Below are positions 29,809 to 39,209 of a stretch of 64,000 nt of DNA, in pieces; position 1 is the stretch's first letter; the number at the start of each line of letters is the position of its first letter. The stretch is from Oscillospiraceae bacterium. Lineage in GTDB: Bacteria > Bacillota > Clostridia > Oscillospirales > Acutalibacteraceae. A program made the translations under genes and the position numbers. The stretch lies in contig SVOK01000006.1 of the NCBI GenBank assembly GCA_015066445.1, positions 4,766-68,765 on the forward strand, in the 5' to 3' direction. A model generated the notes under the pieces. The model was not told where the DNA came from, made no database searches, and was given only the letters and a program-made list of their open reading frames with translations.

Positions 29809-30537
29809 ATGGAAGCTTTTTTTGAAAAATTATATAAGGGCACGCTTAAAGATTTTTTCGCCTTTACAGCAGAAGCTTTAGCCCATAATAAAAAGCAGTT
29901 TATTGTAACCGCTAATCCCGAAGCTTTTATCTTAGGAGCTAAGGACTGCGACTTAGAAAAGCTCCTGCTCGATAAAGAAACGGTTGTCATAGCTGACGGT
30001 ATTGGTGTTATAAAGGGCGCTGATATACTCGGTATATCCGTTCCCGAAAGAATACCCGGTGTAGAACTGGCCGAGCATCTTTTAAGCTGTGGCAATAAGC
30101 TTCAAAAAAACATTTACCTCTTAGGAGCCAAAAAAGAGGTTTTGGAAGCGCTTTGTGAAAAAATTAAAAGCCAATACAAAAATCTATCTATAGCAGGCTG
30201 TTGTGACGGCTATGTGGAAGACAAAGATGCGGTTTTTGAAGAAATTAAAAAGCTCTCTCCTGATATAATTTTGGTAGCATTGGGTATGCCTTTTCAGGAA
30301 AAGCTTATTTACAAACATTTAAACGGCTTTGATAAAGGGATTTTTGTAGGTGTTGGCGGCAGCTTTGACGTATTAAGCGGCTGTAAAAAACGGGCGCCGC
30401 AGTTCTTTATTAAGCACAATATAGAATGGCTTTACAGAATCCTTAAAGAGCCTAAACGCATTAAACGTTTTTATAACAATAATATTAAGTTTTTGTTTGA
30501 GGTTAAAAAGTTAAAATCTCAAAAAAGCGGCAAATGA
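29809..30537 (+). CDS. tagA: WecB/TagA/CpsF-family (GT26) N-acetylmannosaminyltransferase
   Basis: ATG 29809 follows AAAGGAG. Motifs ADGIGV, YLLGAK, GMPFQEKLI and GVGGSFDVLSG. Confidence 0.82.
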   Translation: MEAFFEKLYKGTLKDFFAFTAEALAHNKKQFIVTANPEAFILGAKDCDLEKLLLDKETVVIADGIGVIKGADILGISVPERIPGVELAEHLLSCGNKLQKNIYLLGAKKEVLEALCEKIKSQYKNLSIAGCCDGYVEDKDAVFEEIKKLSPDIILVALGMPFQEKLIYKHLNGFDKGIFVGVGGSFDVLSGCKKRAPQFFIKHNIEWLYRILKEPKRIKRFYNNNIKFLFEVKKLKSQKSGK

Positions 30538-31931
30538 GTGTACTTGGAAGTGATGTTTTGAAAAACAAGAAAGAGCAATTTAAAAATATATTGCGCACAC
30601 TTTTGAAAATTGCATTAATACTGTCTCAAACTGCTGTTTTCGCCCACGTCTGGCTTAATGAATACAATAATTATATTGTAGTCCCCTTTGTTCAAAAGGG
30701 TAACTGGTTTTTCTATGCAGTTTATGTTATCCTTTTAGCAATATTCTTAAGATGCTTTGACGGTCTTAAATACGGAATGTACCGCAAGACAAATCTTATA
30801 ACTGCTCAAATATTAGCTTCATTTGCAACAGCTTTCATTATATATCTGCAGATAGTTTTGCTTGCGGCCAGATTTGTAACGGTTGTACCGCTTATTTATA
30901 TGTTCCTTGGTGATGTGGCAATAATTTTTATTGTGACTGTTATAGGAACATTTCTTCTTAAAAAGCTTTTCCCCGCCAAGAAAACCGTTGTTATTTACGA
31001 CAATTATTCGCCTGACGTGTTTATCGAAAAGCTTTCCCACCGTAAGGACAAGTTTTTAGTTACAGATATTATAAATGTTTCCGAAGGAATAGAAGCGATT
31101 GAAAAGCTGATTAACGCTTCTGAAACAGTTCTTATTTACGATGTTCACTCCGAAATGCGGAATAAAATTTTAAAGCTTTGCTTTGAAAATAACGTGAGAA
31201 CCTATACCACAACCAAGGTTTCTGATATTCTAGTGCGAGGCGCAGAAAGTCTTCATATGTTTGATACTCCGCTCCTTTTATACCGTAATATTGGTCTTAC
31301 CTTTGAACAGCGTTTCTTAAAGCGGACTTTGGATATAGTTGTATCCCTTATTATGCTTATAATAACAAGCCCTATATTATTGCTTTGCGCAATAGCTATT
31401 AAGCTTTATGACGGTGGCCCTGTATTTTTCCGTCAGGACAGAGGCACTATGAACGGCAAAATTTTCCGAATACACAAATTCAGAAGCATGATAATTGATG
31501 CCGAAAAGGACGGTGCCCCCCGCCCTGCTGAGAATAAGGACCCAAGAATAACACCAATCGGCAAATTTTTGCGAGCTTCACGTCTTGATGAATTACCCCA
31601 GCTTATTGATATTTTGATGGGTAATATGAGCCTTGTGGGCCCCAGACCCGAAAGAGTTGAGCATATAAGACAGTACACTGAGGAAATCCCCGAATTCCAA
31701 TACAGACTAAAGGTTCGTGGCGGTCTCACAGGCTATGCACAGCTTTACGGTAAATACAATACCACTCCCTATGATAAGCTTCAATTAGACCTTATGTATA
31801 TACAGAATTATTCTTTTTTCCTTGATATAAAGCTTATTCTTATGACCGTTAAGATAATGTTTATGAAAGAAAGTACCGAGGGCTTTACCGAGGAAAACAG
31901 CAAAAAAATCAGAGATAAAAATAGTGATTAA
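30534..31931 (+). CDS. polyprenyl-phosphate sugar-1-phosphate transferase (large WbaP/EpsL-type initiating enzyme)
   Basis: N-terminal TM bundle plus a C-terminal bacterial sugar-transferase domain (DELPQLIDILMGNMSLVGPRP). The ATGA overlap with the tagA stop indicates translational coupling. Confidence 0.85.
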   Translation: MSVLGSDVLKNKKEQFKNILRTLLKIALILSQTAVFAHVWLNEYNNYIVVPFVQKGNWFFYAVYVILLAIFLRCFDGLKYGMYRKTNLITAQILASFATAFIIYLQIVLLAARFVTVVPLIYMFLGDVAIIFIVTVIGTFLLKKLFPAKKTVVIYDNYSPDVFIEKLSHRKDKFLVTDIINVSEGIEAIEKLINASETVLIYDVHSEMRNKILKLCFENNVRTYTTTKVSDILVRGAESLHMFDTPLLLYRNIGLTFEQRFLKRTLDIVVSLIMLIITSPILLLCAIAIKLYDGGPVFFRQDRGTMNGKIFRIHKFRSMIIDAEKDGAPRPAENKDPRITPIGKFLRASRLDELPQLIDILMGNMSLVGPRPERVEHIRQYTEEIPEFQYRLKVRGGLTGYAQLYGKYNTTPYDKLQLDLMYIQNYSFFLDIKLILMTVKIMFMKESTEGFTEENSKKIRDKNSD

Positions 31932-31965
31932 AAAAATGGCACTTCAAACGAAGTGCCGTTTTTTA
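31931..31965. terminator. bidirectional terminator
   Basis: GGCACTTC (31938-31945) pairs with GAAGTGCC (31950-31957). Flanked by an A-run on the left and a T-run on the right. Confidence 0.75.
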
Positions 31966-33879
31966 TTTGAAATCATCAGGTAAAGGGTATTTGTGGGAAA
32001 GGTTTAAAAATTCTATTCCTCGCTTAAATTTTTGCCTTTTCGTCTCATCCTCAACCTTGATATAAGGGTGCAGGTTAAGCCAGCCTATATCCTTAAAATG
32101 ATATTGCTCCTCACTGCCTACCGCACATTCAAAGGCGGCTGGCATATCAGCGCCTTTTTTAAGCGCTTCGGTAAACTCGTTAAGATAATTTGTATAAATT
32201 TCTCTCGGAGTGCAGCTATGCTTTTTGCAAATACCTGCCGCCAGACCTACAACCTCGCCAAGCTCACCTAATGTGCGCATAACTCTTACAGCTGAGAATG
32301 CAACATGACTTGTACTGACAAGTCTTCCACCCAAAAACAGGTTACTTATATCCTTAGAATAAAGGCATCTGTAAGGCACAGGGTAAGGCTCAACAATGCC
32401 TCTGTGATACGCATAGGAACGAAAAGCCTCGCCAAACTGACTTAAATTTGTAGGCTCGGGGAAGTGCATATCAATACTCCATGTGATGCAGGCTGTACAG
32501 TCCTCATAATAAGTATGATTTTCAATATCGTTCTGGGTTAAAATCAAATCTCCTTTTACACGGTAGCTCTCACGCTTTCCGCCTAATGCAGATACCCATT
32601 TAAGACCCCAATTTGCAAAGCGCTCTTTTTGTGGGTAGTGATTTTTCTGATAAGACCAGTTAGAATATATTGCTCTTAGTCCATAATCCCTGATATACTC
32701 TATTTCACTTACCATATCCCTTGTAAATCCTGTTTCCTGCTCCCAGTCACCCGAATAGCAGTTAAGAAAGCTTTGCTCATCAAATTTTAAATTCCAATCA
32801 ATATCGGTAAACTTAGCTTCGGTCTCACCCTCTTCAGAATACCAACGTATAGAATGACCCATAACAAGCTTTTCGTAGCTTTCGGCTGCCAGACTCTCAC
32901 CAAATTCAGATTTAGCCTCTCTGCCATACATCACCTCTGCTCCGCCAAGGCGAGCCAAAACTGCATCTCCGCTGCAGTCAGAGAAAAGTTGCGCTCTGTG
33001 CATACTCTTTTTGCCACTTAAGGTATTAGTACACACAACCGCCGTAATTCTGTCATTTTCCTTTACGATTTCAGTAACGCACTCATTAAGCAATATTTTA
33101 TATTTCCCATGGCAATCTCTTCTGTTTTCAAAACTTAAAAGCTTGCGGTTATCCTCAAAATATTCCTCTTTGAATATTGCTGGGTCGCCCATAATAGGAC
33201 CGATTTCTCTTACAATGTTGCCTATGTTTTCGTATGGCGGCAAATTTATCATACCGCCCATACAAACCCTTATTTCCGAGCTGTTACAGCCTCCAAGCAC
33301 GCCACGGTCGTTTATAAGGCAGGTGTTAACACCGCATCTAACAGCCGCAAGTGCTGTGCATATACCTGCGATACCGCCGCCCACAACAATAAGGTCAAAT
33401 TGCTCATCACTATCAGTTATTTCTTTCCAATTAAGCCTTTTTCTTAAATTCTCTGTAGAATCAGGCGCACCGTCATCAGTAGTGAAATATACTGCATCGC
33501 ATCTGCCATTAAAGCCTGTGAGGTCATGAAGCAATATTTGGTTTTCACCCTTTTTAAGCACCGTTTTGCCTGCTTTTTGCCACGCCCAGTCCTTACCGTT
33601 TGTTCCAAGGATATCGGGTAACTCCTCACCGTTTATGCTTATCTTGAATTTGCCAGCAGAATTTTCAACTCCCCAGACAGCTGTCCAATCACGGGTTAAT
33701 GCCCAGACATTATATTCTCCAGCTTCATCAGCGTAAAAATCGGTTATAGCATCCTTCACCGGAACACCCATTCCGTGTGCCATAATATAAGAAGAATGTA
33801 TCGTCTCCATAGACTGCTGGTCTACAACCCAACCGCCTAAATCCTTAAAGCTTTCTGCCTCGATAAAAATTTCAGGCAT
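31963..33879 (-). CDS. FAD-dependent oxidoreductase of unknown specificity, with N-terminal ~150-aa beta-rich extension
   Basis: ATG 33879 lies 5 nt after GAGGTGG. Rossmann motif DLIVVGGGIAGICTALAAVRCGVNTCLINDRGVLGGCNSSE. Paralogue of 6563-8386. Confidence 0.7.
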   Translation of the reverse strand: MPEIFIEAESFKDLGGWVVDQQSMETIHSSYIMAHGMGVPVKDAITDFYADEAGEYNVWALTRDWTAVWGVENSAGKFKISINGEELPDILGTNGKDWAWQKAGKTVLKKGENQILLHDLTGFNGRCDAVYFTTDDGAPDSTENLRKRLNWKEITDSDEQFDLIVVGGGIAGICTALAAVRCGVNTCLINDRGVLGGCNSSEIRVCMGGMINLPPYENIGNIVREIGPIMGDPAIFKEEYFEDNRKLLSFENRRDCHGKYKILLNECVTEIVKENDRITAVVCTNTLSGKKSMHRAQLFSDCSGDAVLARLGGAEVMYGREAKSEFGESLAAESYEKLVMGHSIRWYSEEGETEAKFTDIDWNLKFDEQSFLNCYSGDWEQETGFTRDMVSEIEYIRDYGLRAIYSNWSYQKNHYPQKERFANWGLKWVSALGGKRESYRVKGDLILTQNDIENHTYYEDCTACITWSIDMHFPEPTNLSQFGEAFRSYAYHRGIVEPYPVPYRCLYSKDISNLFLGGRLVSTSHVAFSAVRVMRTLGELGEVVGLAAGICKKHSCTPREIYTNYLNEFTEALKKGADMPAAFECAVGSEEQYHFKDIGWLNLHPYIKVEDETKRQKFKRGIEFLNLSHKYPLPDDFK

Positions 33880-33892
33880 TATTACCACCTCT

Positions 33893-34717
33893 TTATGTTT
33901 TTATAGGAATTCTGATTTCCCACAAAAATCCGTCGTCCTCCATTAAGACAGGATATATCTCAATATTAGGCAAATCATAGTTTCGCTCATAGCCTCCGCT
34001 ATTCAACCATTGCATTAATATATCCTTATAAAATCCATTTACAGCGCTGTCCTCTGTGGTGTTCATTTGAAAGCTCACCCAACGGGAGGGCGGTATTGTT
34101 ATACTTTCCTTGGCGCCATCTTCATTATCACGTCTACCCAAAACGCATTTTACAGAATTTTCTCCGTTTATATAGCAAGCATATATCTTTTCGTTTTCGG
34201 GCAAACTCTCTGCATAATCAGTATCATAAAAATCCTGCCATACACCTTCACAGCATTCAGTATCTGTAATATCCGAACAGCCGCAAACACCGCATACACG
34301 AAATTCACCGTCATCAATTATTTTATAGCTTATATCCTTGCCGCCTGTGGTTATAATATCCGCTCCCACCTTTGAAAGCAGCTTTATTGAAGCACTTTTC
34401 TCTTTCGCTTCGGTTGGTGATATTCCGTGGTACTCCTTAAATGCCCTTGAAAAGGACGAAGCCGTATCGTATCCATATTTCAGAGCTACGTCGGAAACCG
34501 AACAATTCCCCTGATTAAGCTCTGCCGCCGCTAAGGATAATCTTCGTTTTCTTATATACTCATTTATCGGAATTCTGGCTATAAAAGTAAAAATTCGCCT
34601 GAACTCATAAACCGATAAATTTGCCTTTTGGGCAAGCACTGAAATATTTATATTCCCAGTAAGACCCTGCTCGATTTCCTCGATAATATCTTCAAAAAAA
34701 TACATATTACTGTTCAT
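33893..34717 (-). CDS. AraC-family regulator with GyrI-like effector-binding domain
   Basis: N-terminal double HTH (ISVLAQKANLSVYEFRRIF...; VSDVALKYGYDTASSFSRAFKEYHGISP) plus a ~150-aa C-terminal domain. Confidence 0.8.
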   Translation of the reverse strand: MNSNMYFFEDIIEEIEQGLTGNINISVLAQKANLSVYEFRRIFTFIARIPINEYIRKRRLSLAAAELNQGNCSVSDVALKYGYDTASSFSRAFKEYHGISPTEAKEKSASIKLLSKVGADIITTGGKDISYKIIDDGEFRVCGVCGCSDITDTECCEGVWQDFYDTDYAESLPENEKIYACYINGENSVKCVLGRRDNEDGAKESITIPPSRWVSFQMNTTEDSAVNGFYKDILMQWLNSGGYERNYDLPNIEIYPVLMEDDGFLWEIRIPIKT

Positions 34718-34721
34718 TGCA

Positions 34722-35426
34722 TTAAAGAGGCTGTACGTCCTGTGAAGTTCCCCAAACAGTTATCTCTTCCACAACAACACCCTTGGGCTGATTAGCGGCG
34801 TAAACTATCGCATTTGCAATGTCCTCAGCAGTAAGTGTCTGATTTTCCTCGCCTATACCTGCATTGCTCTGGAAGCCTGTACTTGCAGCTGCAGGAATAA
34901 CGCAGGTTACTCTTACTCCGTAAGGACGCATTTCAACATAATGGCCCTTGCTGAAATTAAGTACACCGGCTTTTGCGGCAGCATAAACCGACCAAGCACC
35001 CCAGCAATGCCTTGCGCAAACAGAAGAAAGATTTATAATACTACCGTCTCTTTGCTCCTTCATAACACTTCCTATAACCTTTGAACCGTAAATAACACTC
35101 GAAAGGTTAAGAGAAATTGCCTTGTCAATATTTTCAAAGCTCTGCTCGGTCACTTCTTCAATACAAACTCCGCCGCCCGCATTGTTCACGAGCACATCTA
35201 TTCTGCCGTATTTTTCCAAACAATAATCTCTTAAAGCCTCCCACTCTGCACTGTTGGTAACATCAATTTTAAACCCATCTGCAAAGCCGAATTCTTCCAC
35301 AACAGCATTCACCTTTTGGGCATTACGAGAAGCTATAATAACTGTATCTCCCTCTGCCTTAAATTTCTTTGCGGTTGCGAGACCGTAACCATTAGTAGCA
35401 CCTGTTACAATAACAATTCTGTTCAT
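34722..35426 (-). CDS. short-chain dehydrogenase/reductase
   Basis: TGATNGYG cofactor motif, NNAG, catalytic YAAAKAG. Confidence 0.85.
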   Translation of the reverse strand: MNRIVIVTGATNGYGLATAKKFKAEGDTVIIASRNAQKVNAVVEEFGFADGFKIDVTNSAEWEALRDYCLEKYGRIDVLVNNAGGGVCIEEVTEQSFENIDKAISLNLSSVIYGSKVIGSVMKEQRDGSIINLSSVCARHCWGAWSVYAAAKAGVLNFSKGHYVEMRPYGVRVTCVIPAAASTGFQSNAGIGEENQTLTAEDIANAIVYAANQPKGVVVEEITVWGTSQDVQPL

Positions 35427-35480
35427 AATTAAAACCTCCGCTTAATTCTATTTCAATTTTATTAAATTCAAAAAAGCATA

Positions 35481-36398
35481 TCAATACATTTCTTGTATTT
35501 TATTGTAAAAATCCGGTATATAGCTTTTATCGGCGCTTGATTTTTCCTGAATGAAAATATTCCTGAAATCAAAGCCTAAAATATAGTCAATTACCTTATC
35601 GTATTCTCTGTTAGTCACCTTGCGGTTAATTACAGGCATTTTTTCGGCCTCATTAAGTGGCAAATACTGACTCATAAAGCTAAAATAAGCGTTAGGGGTA
35701 TTATCCCTCACCCAATCAAATACCTCCATAGCCTCTTTAGTAGCCTGCGGCAATAAAAGATGCCTTATTATTACTCCATTTTGCATAATTCCGTTTCTTA
35801 AAACACACTGGCTCTGCTGTCGGTAGACTTCAAGTATCGCATTTTTAGCTACAGTAGGATAATTTTCTGCTTCTGAGTAAAGCTTGGCTCTTTGGTCAGA
35901 CAGATATTTTAAATCCATCAAAAATATGTCTATATACCCGTCAAGGCTTTTAAGCGTTTCAACGCTGTCATAACCGCCTGAATTGTAAACGATGGGGATT
36001 TCAGGTTTATAAATATCGAGCGCTTTTTTTATTGCAAGTACATAATGAGTGGGGCTTACAAGATTAATATTATGCGCCCCCTGCTGTTCCAAAGCTTTAA
36101 AAATATCAGCAAGCTTTTCATAAGAAATTATCTCGCCCTTGCCCAGGTGGGATATTTCATAATTCTGACAATAAACGCAAGCGAGCGAGCAACCACTGAA
36201 AAACACCGTACCTGACCCATTTACACCGCTAATGCAGGGCTCTTCCCAAAAATGCAAAGCAGCCCTTGCTACTTTAGGTAACAAAGGCATTTTGCAAAAT
36301 CCGTTTATATTTTCTTTTTCTGTTCTAATTGCTTTGCACTGTCTCGGGCACAGATTGCATATCATTATTATTGTTCCTCTTTCGTGGTCTATACTCAC
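35481..36398 (-). CDS. radical SAM protein (PflX-like activase family)
   Basis: CSLACVYCQN CxxxCxxC cluster motif preceded by CNLCPRQC. The start is uncertain (36398 or ATG at 36365). Confidence 0.78.
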   Translation of the reverse strand: MSIDHERGTIIMICNLCPRQCKAIRTEKENINGFCKMPLLPKVARAALHFWEEPCISGVNGSGTVFFSGCSLACVYCQNYEISHLGKGEIISYEKLADIFKALEQQGAHNINLVSPTHYVLAIKKALDIYKPEIPIVYNSGGYDSVETLKSLDGYIDIFLMDLKYLSDQRAKLYSEAENYPTVAKNAILEVYRQQSQCVLRNGIMQNGVIIRHLLLPQATKEAMEVFDWVRDNTPNAYFSFMSQYLPLNEAEKMPVINRKVTNREYDKVIDYILGFDFRNIFIQEKSSADKSYIPDFYNKIQEMY

Positions 36399-37233
36399 AA
36401 ACCTTATGCTTTACCTGCAAATCATCAAAGGTCTTTTTAAAGGACACCCTGCCGTTAAATTTATAACCGCAGTTTTTACACTCAAAATCAGCAATAAACC
36501 AACGGTTGCAATATTTCCAATTCCGTAATCTTCTTGTTTGCCCTTTACATTCAGGGCATTGAAACTTTAACTGTGCAGGATTGATATTACTGTCCTTGAT
36601 ATTAGAAATCGGATAAGCCTTAAATCTTAGCCTTGCGTAAAAATCGGGTTTTTTAGTATCTCTGATAAGGCTTTCAAATTTTTGCTGTTCATAACATATT
36701 TTTAAAAGCTGTGCTGCAAGGCGACAGTCATCAAGCGCATTATGCAGCTCAAAGCTCTCAGTCTCAACACCTAAAAATTCTGCTGCCGCTTCTAAAGATA
36801 TCTGATTTTTACTTTCGTATCCACGGTTATATAAATCACCCTGCACCAGCTTTTGCAAATCAAGATAACCGTTTATATTAAATTTCAATCGGTTTTTAAG
36901 CAAAAGCTCCTCATTCTCTATAATAGTGTATAAATCCGAGTTGCTCCAGGTCATTGTAACCGCTGCAGAAGCAGAAAAGGAATTGTATTCCTCGAGTGCT
37001 TCTTCGAAAGGCACTCCGTTACGCATTATTTCCGATGTGATACCCGTAAGCTTTGCAAAGCGGCTTGACACACGTTTTGAAACCGACGAACAAATAACCC
37101 TGTTAAAGGTATCTATCACATTAAAATCTTCATCAAGCTTTACAGCGCCAATTTGAAGTATCTGGTTTATAAACCGCTTTTCGGGTGGAAAATAAGCACT
37201 GTCCCACTCCAAGTCAAGAATAATATATTCCAT
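36325..37233 (-). CDS. DEDDh 3'-5' exonuclease with C-terminal zinc ribbon
   Basis: ILDLEWD (ExoI), TWSNSD (ExoII), HNALDDC (ExoIII), then CPEC..x..CKNC. Confidence 0.68.
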   Translation of the reverse strand: MEYIILDLEWDSAYFPPEKRFINQILQIGAVKLDEDFNVIDTFNRVICSSVSKRVSSRFAKLTGITSEIMRNGVPFEEALEEYNSFSASAAVTMTWSNSDLYTIIENEELLLKNRLKFNINGYLDLQKLVQGDLYNRGYESKNQISLEAAAEFLGVETESFELHNALDDCRLAAQLLKICYEQQKFESLIRDTKKPDFYARLRFKAYPISNIKDSNINPAQLKFQCPECKGQTRRLRNWKYCNRWFIADFECKNCGYKFNGRVSFKKTFDDLQVKHKVCEYRPRKRNNNNDMQSVPETVQSN

Positions 37234-39056
37234 TATTTTTTCTTCGACTCCGCTTTCATTCTTTCTTCCTTGTTAAGAATACGCTTTCTAAGTCTGATAT
37301 TATTAGGTGTTATCTCCACCAATTCATCATTCTTTATAAATTCAAGTGACTGCTCAAGACTCAGCTTTGAAGGGGGAACTAATCTTAAAGCATCATCCGA
37401 GCCGGAAGCACGGGTATTTGTCATCTGTTTTTTCTTACAAACATTGCAGACAATATCCTCGCTCTTAGGATTTTCGCCCACTATCATACCCTCATAAACA
37501 GGCACACCCGGTCCTATAAAGAGTCTGCCTCGGCTTTGGGTGTTAAAGAGTCCGTAGCCTGTAGCCTCGCCCTGCTCGTGAGCAATAATCGAGCCTGTCG
37601 AACGCTGGTCAATATCGCCCTTATATTCCTGATAGCTGTCAAACACGTGGTTCATTATACCGTTACCGTTAGTATCGGTCATAAACTGTGAACGGTAACC
37701 CAAAAGTCCACGGGCAGGAATTAAAAACTCAAGATGAGATGTACCGCCCTCACGGGTGCCCATATTTTTAATTTCAGCCTTGCGGTTGCCGAGACGCTCC
37801 ATAACAGTACCCACATACTCCTCAGGTACTTCTATCATAAGAAGCTCAATAGGCTCTAAAAGAGTGCCATTCTCGTCTCTCTTATAAATAACTTCAGGGG
37901 GTGAAACCTGAAATTCATAGCCCTGACGGCGCATAGTCTCAATAAGAATCGATAAATGCAACTCACCTCTGCCCGAAACCTTAAAGGTATCAGCCGAATC
38001 GGTTTCCTCAACACGAAGACTTACATTTGTCATAACCTCTTTGAAAAGACGGTCACGAAGATTTCTTGAGGTTACAAACTTACCGTCCTTACCTGCAAAG
38101 GGTGAATTGTTTACCATAAAGTTCATAGCCAATGTCGGCTCATCTATTTTAACAAAGGGTAAAGCCTCAATATTATCAACAGCACAGGCAGTTTCGCCGA
38201 TTTCAAGCTCGGAAATACCCGCAACCTGAATAATATCACCCACCGTAGCTGCTTCAGCTTCCATTCTTTTAAGTCCCTGATACATAAACAGCTTGGCTAT
38301 CTTAACGTTAGAGGAAGTGCCGTCCTTATGGCAAAGGGCAACAGTCTGTCCCGCCTTAACATTGCCTCTTATAACTCGGCCTACACCTATTCTGCCGAGG
38401 TAATCATCATATTCAATATTAGTGAAAAGTATCTGCAAAGGACCGTCAGTATCACCCTCGGGCGGATCGATTTCTTTTACTATAGCATCAAATAAAGGCT
38501 TCATATCTGTTCCTGGAACATCGGGGGAATAGGTTGCGTAACCGTCCCTTCCGCTTGCAAATATTACAGGGAATTCTATCTGATCCTCGTCAGCGCCAAG
38601 CTCAATGAATAAATCGAGTACCTCGTCCACAACCTCGTGAGGGCGAGCCATCGGTCTATCAATTTTATTTACCACAACAACCGCTTTTTTGCCGAGCGCC
38701 AAGGCTTTTTTAAGCACAAAGCGAGTCTGAGGCATACAGCCCTCAAATGCATCAACAAGCAGTAAAACGCCGTCAACCATCTGCAAAATACGCTCAACCT
38801 CACCGCCAAAATCGGCGTGGCCGGGAGTATCAACGATATTAATTTTAATATCGCCATACATAACGCTTGTATTTTTAGAAAGTATCGTTATGCCCCTCTC
38901 CCTTTCAAGGTCGTTAGAGTCCATAACTCTGTCATTAACATTCTCATTTACTCTGAAAGTACCGCTCTGCTTTAAAAGCTGGTCAACAAGGGTAGTTTTA
39001 CCGTGGTCAACGTGAGCAATTATTGCAACATTTCTTAAATTTTCGATTTTCGACAT
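37233..39056 (-). CDS. typA: translational GTPase TypA/BipA
   Basis: AIIAHVDHGKTTLVD, DTPGHADFGGEV, NKIDR. 607 aa. Confidence 0.95.
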   Translation of the reverse strand: MSKIENLRNVAIIAHVDHGKTTLVDQLLKQSGTFRVNENVNDRVMDSNDLERERGITILSKNTSVMYGDIKINIVDTPGHADFGGEVERILQMVDGVLLLVDAFEGCMPQTRFVLKKALALGKKAVVVVNKIDRPMARPHEVVDEVLDLFIELGADEDQIEFPVIFASGRDGYATYSPDVPGTDMKPLFDAIVKEIDPPEGDTDGPLQILFTNIEYDDYLGRIGVGRVIRGNVKAGQTVALCHKDGTSSNVKIAKLFMYQGLKRMEAEAATVGDIIQVAGISELEIGETACAVDNIEALPFVKIDEPTLAMNFMVNNSPFAGKDGKFVTSRNLRDRLFKEVMTNVSLRVEETDSADTFKVSGRGELHLSILIETMRRQGYEFQVSPPEVIYKRDENGTLLEPIELLMIEVPEEYVGTVMERLGNRKAEIKNMGTREGGTSHLEFLIPARGLLGYRSQFMTDTNGNGIMNHVFDSYQEYKGDIDQRSTGSIIAHEQGEATGYGLFNTQSRGRLFIGPGVPVYEGMIVGENPKSEDIVCNVCKKKQMTNTRASGSDDALRLVPPSKLSLEQSLEFIKNDELVEITPNNIRLRKRILNKEERMKAESKKK

Positions 39057-39151
39057 ATTTTTTCACACCTTATCTTTCAACTAATAATTATACCTCTATT
39101 ACGCATTATTGTCAATACAGCCAAAAGGTTAATTAAAGTTTTAAAGGGCAG

Positions 39152-39190
39152 AACAAACAAAAACTGCTGTGCCGAAGCACAGCAGTTTTA
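39152..39190 (-). terminator. rho-independent terminator of the giant-protein operon
   Basis: 12-bp stem AAACTGCTGTGC / GCACAGCAGTTT (39161-39188), followed on the minus strand by TTTTGTTTGTT. Confidence 0.75.
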
Positions 39191-39209
39191 TATTTAAGAC
39201 TTATAAAGC

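Noticed and set aside
33011-33529. A 172-aa plus-strand ORF antisense to the FAD oxidoreductase. Similar cases are 48975-49493, 40425-40991, 17938-18414 and 1917-2375.
   Set aside because: All of these lie inside longer, motif-supported genes on the opposite strand. They have biased, motif-free translations.
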